NCBI GenBank assembly: GCA_964567665.1
Contig: CAZMNN010000005.1
Location: 13,752 to 77,751 of the forward strand
Length of the DNA stretch: 64,000 nt
Reading direction: 5' to 3'
DNA from: an uncultured Lentisphaeraceae bacterium
GTDB lineage: Bacteria > Verrucomicrobiota > Kiritimatiellia > RFP12 > UBA1067
The translations under genes and the position numbers were made by a program. Below, in pieces: positions 17,547 through 25,996 of this stretch. The notes under the pieces were generated by a model, which had not been told where the DNA came from, did no database searches, and saw only the letters and a list, made by a program, of their open reading frames with translations. How positions within the stretch are numbered: position 1 is the stretch's first letter; each line of letters opens with the position of its first letter.

Positions 17547-19448
17547 ATGGCAACATCGGATCATCGGAGTCTCTTTTCGGTGAAGATGCGAGCGTCGCGC
17601 AACGGCGAGCACATCTCCGGAGCGGAGCGCATCGTCAGCGAATCGTCAATTCCGCAGCTTGTGGGCGTCATGGCGGAACGGGCACTACGCCACGCAAAGG
17701 GGAAGCCTGATTTCATAAACGTGAAGGTGGAGTCCGCCCCTGAGCCGCTTCTGCTGAAGGCCCTTCCCGTATCAACGCGCACTGTGAAGTCGCCTGAGGA
17801 GGGATGGAGCGCGGTGCGCGAGATCCTTGCTTCGGATGGCGTCACGCGCATCGACGAAATCGTCTCGCTGTTCAGGCAGACGTACGGAATGCGCGGAGCG
17901 ATGCTGCTTGACGCCGACACATTGGAGCGGCTTGAACCTGATCCGGCGAGAGGCGTAAGGGCGACGTTCATGGATGACGCCGCCAGCGCTTCGCACGGAT
18001 TCTCCAACGAGAAGAACCACTATGCGGAGGCGATTGTGCTTGCCACGAAGGTCGCGAACGCGCCGGGCATAGTCGGAGAGATATGCATGTCGGACGATCC
18101 GGACTACGTGACGGGGTATGTCGCGTCACGGCGCATCGGTTATGTGCGCATATCGTGCATGAAGCGTCCGGGAGACCCGTCGGGCGGAAGGATATTTCTC
18201 TATCGTGGACTGCGTTCGGACGTCGGAAACGCAATAGACTTCATACAGCGCAGATGCGTTCTCGTGACCGAGGTTCCGCCGCGTCCGTCGGAGATATGCA
18301 ATGCCGCGTCAAGCCGCCATTCCGAAAATCCGACGGCAGATGACATGAGGCGCGAACTGGACGACATCCGCACGGCGGGGCTATGGCGCGAAGTCCGGGA
18401 GCCCCCGTCTGGATTGAAGGCCTTTGCCGACAACGATTATCTTGGTCTCGCCGGAGATCCTCGCCTCAAGGAGGCTGCAAAGAACGCCACGGATGCGTTC
18501 GGTGCGGGAGCGGGCGCATCCCGTCTCGTGACCGGGACGCTGCCGCCGCATCTTGAGCTGGAGCGACACCTTGCGCGGTTCAAGGGAACGGAGGATGCCA
18601 TAACCTGGGCTACGGGCTACATGGCCAATCTCGGCACGATATCCGCCATTGCCGGAAAGGGCGACGCCGTGTTCAGCGACGAGCTGAACCACGCGAGCAT
18701 TGTGGACGGTTGCCGCCTTTCCAAGGCAGATGTCTTTGTGTACCGGCACAACGACATGGCTGACCTCGCCGTGAAGATTGCCGGTGCAGGGCGGCGCAGA
18801 CGGATGTTGGCGGTGTCCGATGCGGTGTTTTCAATGGATGGCGATGTGATGGATCTGCCTCGCTTCATCGATGTGTGCCGCACCGGCGGCGTAATGTCGA
18901 TGGTGGACGAAGCCCATTCCACTGGAGTTATGGGAGCGACGGGACGCGGCCTCTGCGAACATTTCGGATGCAGTCATCCCGACATTCTCATGGGGACGCT
19001 TTCAAAAGCCGCAGGAAGTGAAGGCGGATACGTGTGCGCGTCGAAGATGATTTGCGACTATCTGCGGAACAGGTCGCGTCCGTTCATCTTCTCCACGGCG
19101 TACAATCCAGGTTCGGCGGCTGCGGCGGATGCCGCGCTTTCGCTTATTGAACGCCATCCCGAACTCGCCGCAACGGTGCGGCGGAAGGCGCAGGATTTCG
19201 CGGCGATGCTCCGCGAACGCGGCATTTCCGCCAAGACGGAGAGTGCAATCGTCCCTGTCGTAATCGGTGATGAGCGCAGAGCGGTGGAGGTGTCCGGCGA
19301 ACTCCGCAGACGCGGATTTCTTGTCCCGGCGATACGCTATCCGACGGTCGCCAAAGGTGCGGCGCGTCTTCGCGTGTCGGTTTCGGCGGCGTCCCGCCAT
19401 GAAGACCTGTGTGCGCTCGCAGATGCGATTGCCGGCTGCATGAGGTAG
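17547..19448 (+). CDS. fusion of 6-carboxyhexanoate-CoA ligase (BioW) and 8-amino-7-oxononanoate synthase (BioF)
   Basis: N-terminal half aligns to B. subtilis BioW (FSVKMRASRNGEHISGAER, GKPDF, SPEEG, SDDPDYVTGYVASRRIGYVRI). C-terminal half is a class-II aminotransferase with BioF features (DNDYLGL, SMDGDVMDL, TLSKAAG PLP lysine region). Confidence 0.8.
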   Translation: MATSDHRSLFSVKMRASRNGEHISGAERIVSESSIPQLVGVMAERALRHAKGKPDFINVKVESAPEPLLLKALPVSTRTVKSPEEGWSAVREILASDGVTRIDEIVSLFRQTYGMRGAMLLDADTLERLEPDPARGVRATFMDDAASASHGFSNEKNHYAEAIVLATKVANAPGIVGEICMSDDPDYVTGYVASRRIGYVRISCMKRPGDPSGGRIFLYRGLRSDVGNAIDFIQRRCVLVTEVPPRPSEICNAASSRHSENPTADDMRRELDDIRTAGLWREVREPPSGLKAFADNDYLGLAGDPRLKEAAKNATDAFGAGAGASRLVTGTLPPHLELERHLARFKGTEDAITWATGYMANLGTISAIAGKGDAVFSDELNHASIVDGCRLSKADVFVYRHNDMADLAVKIAGAGRRRRMLAVSDAVFSMDGDVMDLPRFIDVCRTGGVMSMVDEAHSTGVMGATGRGLCEHFGCSHPDILMGTLSKAAGSEGGYVCASKMICDYLRNRSRPFIFSTAYNPGSAAAADAALSLIERHPELAATVRRKAQDFAAMLRERGISAKTESAIVPVVIGDERRAVEVSGELRRRGFLVPAIRYPTVAKGAARLRVSVSAASRHEDLCALADAIAGCMR

Positions 19449-19488
19449 ATGCGTCCGCAGATTGTTGCACCGGAACGGAAAAAGGAAA

Positions 19489-19509
19489 GGGCGCGGAATT
19501 TCCGCGCCC
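19489..19509. terminator. bidirectional rho-independent terminator hairpin GGGCGCGGAA-T-TTCCGCGCCC
   Basis: Perfect 10-bp GC-rich stem between convergent bioWF (+, ends 19448) and hup (-, ends 19538); T/A-rich flanks on both strands. Confidence 0.6.
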
Positions 19510-19537
19510 TCTCTTGTGTTCCAGAATGACTGGATCG

Positions 19538-19843
19538 TTAGCCGAGGATTGCGTCCTTGGCCGCCTTGCAAAGGCGGAATTTCGCCTTCGTGCGGGCGGG
19601 GATCTTGATCGACTCGCCGGTGAGCGGATTGCGGCCCATGCGAGCTTTGGACTTCGCCTTCATGATCTTGCCAAGACCCGGGAGCATGAGACCCTTCGGG
19701 AGCTTTGCGCCATCGTACGCGATAGCGAGGAACTTCTCGTACACGGCAACAGCCTGCTTCTTGGTGATGCCCGCCGCTTCTGCGAGGGCGACCATGATTT
19801 CACTCTTCGTAGCCGGAACTTTCTTTGCCTTTGCCTTTGCCAT
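19538..19843 (-). CDS. hup: HU-family DNA-binding protein with N-terminal Lys/Ala-rich extension
   Basis: GRNPLTGESIKIPARTKAKFR arm motif; N-terminal MAKAKAKKVPATK. Confidence 0.8.
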   Translation of the reverse strand: MAKAKAKKVPATKSEIMVALAEAAGITKKQAVAVYEKFLAIAYDGAKLPKGLMLPGLGKIMKAKSKARMGRNPLTGESIKIPARTKAKFRLCKAAKDAILG

Positions 19844-19920
19844 TTTTTTGTTTCCTTATAAGGTGTTCTTGGGATTAGTCCCCTAAACGCCGCGTAAGAT
19901 ACATCATTCGGACTTCGTTT

Positions 19921-19958
19921 GCAAGTAAAAAATTGGGGAAAACCGATTTTTTACTTGC
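19921..19958 (-). terminator. perfect 13-bp-stem hairpin GCAAGTAAAAAAT-N12-ATTTTTTACTTGC downstream of mutS
   Basis: Lies 56 nt past the mutS stop on the minus strand and upstream of the hup promoter region; U-tract is within the stem. Confidence 0.4.
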
Positions 19959-20013
19959 TGCGGCGAAAATGCCGCCATCCGTTCCGCCTCCTGCGCACAC
20001 AATGCGCCGGACG

Positions 20014-22428
20014 TCAGAACAGAGTCATCTGCCCTGGGATGTCGGAAAGCCGCCGGCGCGGTTTGCGCACAAGCTTCTGCGCATCCACGTCCAGTTCGTT
20101 CGCCTCGAGGTTCGCGAGTATCTTCCCTGCGCGGTCGACAACCGCAGGCGGAAGGCCGGCCATCGCGGCGACATGGATGCCGAACGACTTTTCGGCGACG
20201 CCCGGCGCGATTCTGCGCAGGAACACCATGCGGTCGCCATCCTGCTTCACGCGCACCGTCCAGTTCTTCACGCCGGCGAAGCGTCCCGCAAGATCGGCAA
20301 GTTCATGGTAGTGCGTGGCGAACAGTGTCTTCGCCTTGACGCGCGGATTCTCGTGGAGATACTCGGCTACGCTCCATGCGATCGATATGCCGTCGAACGT
20401 GGAGGTGCCGCGCCCGATCTCGTCCAGCACTATGAGCGATTTCGGCGTTGCGTTGTTCAGTATGTTTGCGGTCTCCTGCATTTCGACGAGGAATGTGGAG
20501 CGTCCGCGAGAGAAGTCGTCCCCGGCGCCGATGCGCGTGAATATCCTGTCGATTGCGCCGACATGGGCGCTTGCCGCCGGCACGAACGACCCCATCTGCG
20601 CCATCGCGGCTATCGTGGCGACCTGCCTGATGTACGTGGACTTGCCGGCCATGTTCGGCCCGGTGATCAGCATTATCTGGTCGGAGGAGCCGTTCAGCCG
20701 CGTCGAGTTCGGCACGAACGGCTCGGCGTCCGGCAGCTGCTCGATTATCGGATGTCTGCCGTCCTCTATGTCGAGGGTGTCCGAATCGTCCACAGTCGGG
20801 CGGACGTATCCGGCGGCGAGTGCGCGGTCGGCGAACGAAAGCACCGCATCGAGTTCGCCTATCGCCGCAGCGGTCTGCTGCACGACGGCGGTTCGGACTG
20901 CAATCTGCGCCACGATCGACCTGAAAAGCTCCTGCTCAAGGGCGAATGCCCGCTCCTGCGCACCGACGACCTTGCGTTCGTGGTCGGCCAGCTCTTCGGT
21001 GGTGTATCTTTCGCCCGCCGTGAGCGTCTGCCGCCGCACGTATTCCGGCGGTGCGAGATGCGCCTGAGATTTCGCTATTTCGATGTAGAAGCCGAACACG
21101 GAGTTGCGGCGCACCTTCAGCGTCTTTATGCCCGTGCGTTCAATCTCCTTCGCCTGATACTCCGCTATCCACCGATGTCCCTTTGCCGCCAGGTCGCGCA
21201 GTTCGTCAAGCTCCGCGCTGTAGCCGGGGGCGATGAGGTTCCCCTCCGTGAGCAGGACGTTCGGGTCTTCGGCTATACCGCGATCGACGAGCGAGATGAT
21301 CTCCGTCTCAGGAGATAGGCGGGACTGTATATCCAATGCCAGTGCGCAGGACGGGTGCATAGCGTCCTTGATTCCGGCGACTGGGCGCAGAGATTCGGCC
21401 AGAGCTTTCAGGTCTCTGGCGTTCGCCCGCCCGGAATCGACTTTTGCGATGAGCCGTTCGAGGTCGCGTACTCCGTCGAGCCGCGCTTGCAGCGTTGCGA
21501 GCCGTGTGCGGTCGTTGACGAAACACTCGACGGCGTCGAGGCGGGCGTTCACCGCTTCGGGACGCCGGAGGGGCTGCCGTATCCATGCTGCAAGGCGGCG
21601 TGCCCCCATCGGCGTCTTCGTGGCGTTGAGCGTTCCGAAGAGCGACGCTTCGCGAGACACTCCATCGCCCGGAAGAAGCGCAAGATGCCGTATCGTGCCG
21701 GCATCGAGCACAAGCGCATCCGCTGTGTCGAGAAGGCGGATCGACCTGATGTGGTCTACGGCATGGTGAAGCGTCGTGTGGACATAGTACAGAAGCGCCC
21801 CGGCGGCGCACACGATGTCTCCCTTCCCCTCCAGTCCGAAACCGTCGAGGGACATCACATTGAAGTGCCGCCGAAGCTCATCGGTGGCGGCGTCAAGCGA
21901 GAACGTCCACCTGTTCGTCTCGTCCGGCACGAGCGTTTCGGCGGGGCGGTAGCGTGACAGTGCGTCGTCAATGCGCTGTTCGGAATCGAATCCCTCCACG
22001 AGGAACTCCCCCGTTGAAAGGTCGAGAAGGGCAAGCCCGGTTCCGTAGACGGCGGCGATGTAGTTGTTCGCACATTCGTCGAGCAGCCCGTCCTCCGTCA
22101 CCGTTCCCGGCGTGACGATGCGCGTCACTTCGCGCCGGACAAGTCCCTTCGCCGTCTTCGGATCCTCCACCTGGTCGCAGAGCGCCGCCGTCATGCCGGC
22201 GCGGATTAGCTTCGCGAGATAGGCGTTCAGCGCATGGTAGGGCACTCCGCACATCGGCTGGTTCCCGCGATGTGTGAGGGTGGCACCGAGAACCGGAGAC
22301 GCCAGAACTGCGTCCTCTCCGAACATTTCGTAGAAATCGCCAAGCCGAAACATCAAAATCGCGCCCTTCGGTATCTCCGATTTGATCCTGAGATACTGGC
22401 GCATCATGGGAGTTAGTTCTTCAGACAT
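20014..22428 (-). CDS. mutS: DNA mismatch repair protein MutS
   Basis: MSEELTPMMRQYLRIK...GDFYEMFGEDA N-terminus, Walker A GPNMAGKST, 804 aa; ORF track offers an upstream Met at 22449. Confidence 0.9.
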   Translation of the reverse strand: MSEELTPMMRQYLRIKSEIPKGAILMFRLGDFYEMFGEDAVLASPVLGATLTHRGNQPMCGVPYHALNAYLAKLIRAGMTAALCDQVEDPKTAKGLVRREVTRIVTPGTVTEDGLLDECANNYIAAVYGTGLALLDLSTGEFLVEGFDSEQRIDDALSRYRPAETLVPDETNRWTFSLDAATDELRRHFNVMSLDGFGLEGKGDIVCAAGALLYYVHTTLHHAVDHIRSIRLLDTADALVLDAGTIRHLALLPGDGVSREASLFGTLNATKTPMGARRLAAWIRQPLRRPEAVNARLDAVECFVNDRTRLATLQARLDGVRDLERLIAKVDSGRANARDLKALAESLRPVAGIKDAMHPSCALALDIQSRLSPETEIISLVDRGIAEDPNVLLTEGNLIAPGYSAELDELRDLAAKGHRWIAEYQAKEIERTGIKTLKVRRNSVFGFYIEIAKSQAHLAPPEYVRRQTLTAGERYTTEELADHERKVVGAQERAFALEQELFRSIVAQIAVRTAVVQQTAAAIGELDAVLSFADRALAAGYVRPTVDDSDTLDIEDGRHPIIEQLPDAEPFVPNSTRLNGSSDQIMLITGPNMAGKSTYIRQVATIAAMAQMGSFVPAASAHVGAIDRIFTRIGAGDDFSRGRSTFLVEMQETANILNNATPKSLIVLDEIGRGTSTFDGISIAWSVAEYLHENPRVKAKTLFATHYHELADLAGRFAGVKNWTVRVKQDGDRMVFLRRIAPGVAEKSFGIHVAAMAGLPPAVVDRAGKILANLEANELDVDAQKLVRKPRRRLSDIPGQMTLF

Positions 22429-22494
22429 ATATTGCGTATTATACCACACCCCTCGGTGTACCTCAAATAAGATGTGCGGCGGCGATGCGCCTAA

Positions 22495-22523
22495 CTGACG
22501 CAGTTTGCGAATTGTGGTATAAT
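22495..22523 (+). promoter_or_regulatory. promoter CTGACG-N17-TATAAT with TG extension (TGGTATAAT)
   Basis: -10 at 22518-22523, about 40 nt before ATG 22565, which has AAAGGAG SD. Confidence 0.45.
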
Positions 22524-22564
22524 TGACAACAGTTTTCTTTCGTCACAACCAAAGGAGTATACAT

Positions 22565-24040
22565 ATGAAAAACATCGCCCTTGTGGCGGCTGGTTCGATT
22601 CTCGCCGGGTGCATCTCTGCGCCGGAGGTGAAGTGCGGATACCACTGCAAGCCTGCGGCGGAAGTTGCCGCCAACGCCGATGCCGACGGCTTTGTGCCGC
22701 TCTTCAACGGCAAAGATCTCACCGGATGGATCGGTGCGACCGGAATGTATGGTGTAGACCCCAAGGAGCCTGGCATACTGCAGTGCCTCCCCGACAGACA
22801 GGCGAAAGGCCAGCCCGGAAATCTCTGCACGGAGAAGCAGTACAGGAACTTCGTTCTCCGCTTTGAGTTCTGTATGCCGGAGAACGGCAATAACGGCCTC
22901 GGCATCCGTATGCCAAACCCCAACGTCGACTCTGCCTACGGCGGAATGTGCGAGCTGCAGCTTCTTGACGACGGCGGAAGCCAGTACTACGACGCCAATG
23001 CCGGACAGGACAAGCTTCACGGCTACCAGTACACGGGAAGCGTGTACGGCATCGTTCCGAGCCGCCGCGACAATGTCGGCAAGCAGATCTGGGGCAAGGA
23101 CAAGAACTTCACGGGAGGCGGATCCTACGTGAAGAAGCCTGGGATGTGGAACTTCGAGGAGGTTCGCGTAATCGGCAGCGAGATCGAGGTGTATCTCAAC
23201 GGCGTGCTCATCACGAAGGCGGATGTGTCGAAGTTCAAGGGCGACGGCACCGACACGCCGGACGGCAGGAAGCATCCCGGCCTCCACAACAAGATCGGAC
23301 ACATCGGCTGGCTCGGCCACGGGCACAACGTCAAGTGGCGCAACATCCGCATCAAGGAACTTCCTGAGGATGCGAAGATGGATGCGGTCTGCCCCTGCGC
23401 AGTCAAGAAATGCCCTGAAGGCTTCACAACGCTCTTCGACGGCAAGCCTGAGCAGCTCACCGCGAACTGGAAGGGCGTGACCACGCGTGAAGGGTTCGAC
23501 AACCCGATCAAGCGCCAGGCGGCCACGGACGGCAAGCGCGCCGATATGCAGAAGTTCGCCGATGAGCATATGCTCAAGCACTGGACGGTCGATCGCGGCG
23601 TCCTCCGCTTCGATGGATTGAAGGGCGGCTATTCGCTCGCCACAAAGAAGGACTACAAGGATTTCGAGATGTTTGTCGATTGGCGCATCGTCTCCGTGCA
23701 GGGCGACTCCGGGCTGTATCTGCGCGGTTCGCCGCAGGTGCAGATATGGGATGCCCACAACCAGTGGCACATCGGCTCCGGCGGCCTGTACAACAACCAG
23801 AAGAATCCGTCCAAGGCCCTCAAGATCGCGGACAACCTCGTCGGCACATGGAACACGTTCCGCATCAAGATGGTCGGCGAGAAGGTGTGGGTGTGGCTCA
23901 ACGGCGAACTCGTGGTCGACAACACCACGCTTGAGAACTACTGGGACCGCAGCCGGCCGATATTTCCGGTCGAGCAGATCGAGCTTCAGTGCCACGGCGA
24001 CCCCGTTGAATTCCGCAACATCTTCATAAAGGAACTTTGA
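22565..24040 (+). CDS. lipoprotein with two tandem DUF1080 (3-keto-disaccharide hydrolase-like) domains
   Basis: Signal peptide plus lipobox LAGC; each half ends in the DUF1080 signature (NVKWRNIRIKEL and VEFRNIFIKEL). Confidence 0.7.
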   Translation: MKNIALVAAGSILAGCISAPEVKCGYHCKPAAEVAANADADGFVPLFNGKDLTGWIGATGMYGVDPKEPGILQCLPDRQAKGQPGNLCTEKQYRNFVLRFEFCMPENGNNGLGIRMPNPNVDSAYGGMCELQLLDDGGSQYYDANAGQDKLHGYQYTGSVYGIVPSRRDNVGKQIWGKDKNFTGGGSYVKKPGMWNFEEVRVIGSEIEVYLNGVLITKADVSKFKGDGTDTPDGRKHPGLHNKIGHIGWLGHGHNVKWRNIRIKELPEDAKMDAVCPCAVKKCPEGFTTLFDGKPEQLTANWKGVTTREGFDNPIKRQAATDGKRADMQKFADEHMLKHWTVDRGVLRFDGLKGGYSLATKKDYKDFEMFVDWRIVSVQGDSGLYLRGSPQVQIWDAHNQWHIGSGGLYNNQKNPSKALKIADNLVGTWNTFRIKMVGEKVWVWLNGELVVDNTTLENYWDRSRPIFPVEQIELQCHGDPVEFRNIFIKEL

Positions 24041-24062
24041 TCAGGTTCCGCGTGACCGAGCC

Positions 24063-25085
24063 ATGAGCGCATCCATGAAAAAAGAGACGAGTCAGTTCCT
24101 CAAGAAGTCGTCGGGCGGCAAACCGCCGTCCCGAAAGGAGATCAAGAAGGGCGGTCTCGGCGGCCGTGGCGTCCTCGCACTCGTCGGGACGCCACAGCAG
24201 GCGGCGAACGTGGATGCGTTCGGCGGCGCAAGGCCGCAGACACCGGCGGTTTCGCGTCCGCCCGCCGCAGGGAACGGCGTCGTTGAGGTCGTTGCGGTCG
24301 ACATCGAGCGAAGCCCGTATCAGGCCCGTGCCGAGTTTGACGCCGAGGCTCTCAAGGAGCTTGCGGATTCCATCCGCGCAAACGGCATCGTCCAGCCGCC
24401 GGTCGTGCGCCGTCTTCCAAACGGGAAGTACCAGCTGATCGCCGGTGAGCGAAGGACGCGGGCGGCGATCCAGGCCGGGCTGAAGAAGATCCCCGTGGTT
24501 CTTGTGGACGCAAGCGACCGCAAGGCTGCGGAGATGGGCGTTGTCGAGAACATCCAGCGCAAAGACCTGAATGCGATCGAGGAGGCGGAGGGATACCGCC
24601 TCCTCAAGGATCAGTTCGGAATCACGCAGGAGGATGTCGCGGAGCGCGTCGGCAAGAGCCGTTCGGCAATAGCGAATTCCCTGCGCATCCTTGAGCTTCC
24701 CGATGAGGTCAAGCAGCTTCTGGCGCGCGGTCTGCTGTCGCCCGGACACGCGAAAGTGCTGCTCTCCGTGGAGGGCGAGCACGACCGTACGCTTCTGGCA
24801 CGCGAGTGCGTGGAGCGTTCGCTGACGGTGCGGGACCTCGAGAAGCGGGTGAAGAGGCTCACCCAGCCGGTTGTCGAGCCGAAGAAGGGTGTGCCTGACC
24901 TGCCTGAATCGTACGTACGCAGCCTTGTGGAGGAGCTTCACAGGCATCTCGGCTGCGCGGTGCGGCTTGCAAGCGGAATGAAACACGCCAACGGCAAGCA
25001 TACCAAGGGCGTTTTGGAGATAGACTTCCAGAGCAATGACGACCTTGACCGCGTATTGAATCTGATGGGTGTCAAGCTGGATTGA
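24063..25085 (+). CDS. parB: chromosome partitioning protein ParB/Spo0J
   Basis: KKGGLGGRGVLAL, ParB box GERRTRAA, HTH region and C-terminal dimerisation region; no parA in the window. Confidence 0.8.
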   Translation: MSASMKKETSQFLKKSSGGKPPSRKEIKKGGLGGRGVLALVGTPQQAANVDAFGGARPQTPAVSRPPAAGNGVVEVVAVDIERSPYQARAEFDAEALKELADSIRANGIVQPPVVRRLPNGKYQLIAGERRTRAAIQAGLKKIPVVLVDASDRKAAEMGVVENIQRKDLNAIEEAEGYRLLKDQFGITQEDVAERVGKSRSAIANSLRILELPDEVKQLLARGLLSPGHAKVLLSVEGEHDRTLLARECVERSLTVRDLEKRVKRLTQPVVEPKKGVPDLPESYVRSLVEELHRHLGCAVRLASGMKHANGKHTKGVLEIDFQSNDDLDRVLNLMGVKLD

Positions 25086-25996
25086 AGAATACGCTCTCAT
25101 CGCTGGCCGCAGCTTGCGGCATCCTGCTGTCCGCGTCCGGAGCCTCCATCGTGTTCCAGGCGTCCGATGCAAGGGAGGCGTTCGCGGTCGCCTCTGATTT
25201 CGTGAGGGACTGCACTCCTCGCGATGCCGGAACGATACGCGGGCGGATAGCGGCGAACTGGCTGATGGATCGCGCAAGCCGCACCGGCGTAGATGCATTC
25301 TTGGATTCGTTCAGGGCGGATACGCCGGACGGCGAGCGAGCGTTCGCCAACGTGATGGTGGAGTTCAAGGGCACAAGGGAGAATGCGCCGTGGGTTGTGC
25401 TCATCTCCCATTTCGACACCCCGCCGAACATCGGCAAGGGCTTCCAGGGTGCGAACGATGGAGCGTCGACGAGCGGTCTTCTCGTGGCTTTCGCCAACGC
25501 GATCCGCCGGGCGGGTCCGCAGCGCGACAACATCGCGCTCATATGGACGGATGCGGAGGAGTGCCGCTTGGCGTACTCGAAGAACGACGGACTGCAGGGG
25601 GCGAAACGCGCCGTTGCGCTGTTCAAGGAGAAAAGCCGCGCCGTCAAGGCCGCAATCGGACTTGACATGCTCGGCGACAGGGATCTTCACATCCGGATGC
25701 CGGCGAACGGGACGATGCAGCTTCAGAACGCCGTATTCAAGGCGGCGGAACGCGCAGGGCTGCAGGGGCTTGTGTCGCTCGGATCAGACACCGTGAAGGA
25801 CGACTTTTCGGTGTTCCTCGACGCCGGATGCCCGGCGGTCGATCTGATAGATTTCGATTACGGTTCCGCGCCAGGCAGGAACGACTACTGGCACACCGTG
25901 AACGACACCATGGACAAGATATGCGAGGAGTCTCTGCTGAAATCCGGAATGCTTGTCGCTGAACTGCTCAACATGTTGGAAGGCAACACGAAATGA
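25082..25996 (+). CDS. M28-family peptidase / glutaminyl-cyclase-like protein
   Basis: Signal peptide; [19 protein letters not shown] zinc-ligand motif typical of M28 and bacterial QC-like proteins. Confidence 0.6.
   Translation: MKNTLSSLAAACGILLSASGASIVFQASDAREAFAVASDFVRDCTPRDAGTIRGRIAANWLMDRASRTGVDAFLDSFRADTPDGERAFANVMVEFKGTRENAPWVVLISHFDTPPNIGKGFQGANDGASTSGLLVAFANAIRRAGPQRDNIALIWTDAEECRLAYSKNDGLQGAKRAVALFKEKSRAVKAAIGLDMLGDRDLHIRMPANGTMQLQNAVFKAAERAGLQGLVSLGSDTVKDDFSVFLDAGCPAVDLIDFDYGSAPGRNDYWHTVNDTMDKICEESLLKSGMLVAELLNMLEGNTK

Noticed and set aside
22463-23995. 510-aa minus-strand ORF
   Set aside because: Antisense to the tandem-DUF1080 lipoprotein gene, whose two signature C-termini are clear. 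No motifs, no SD.
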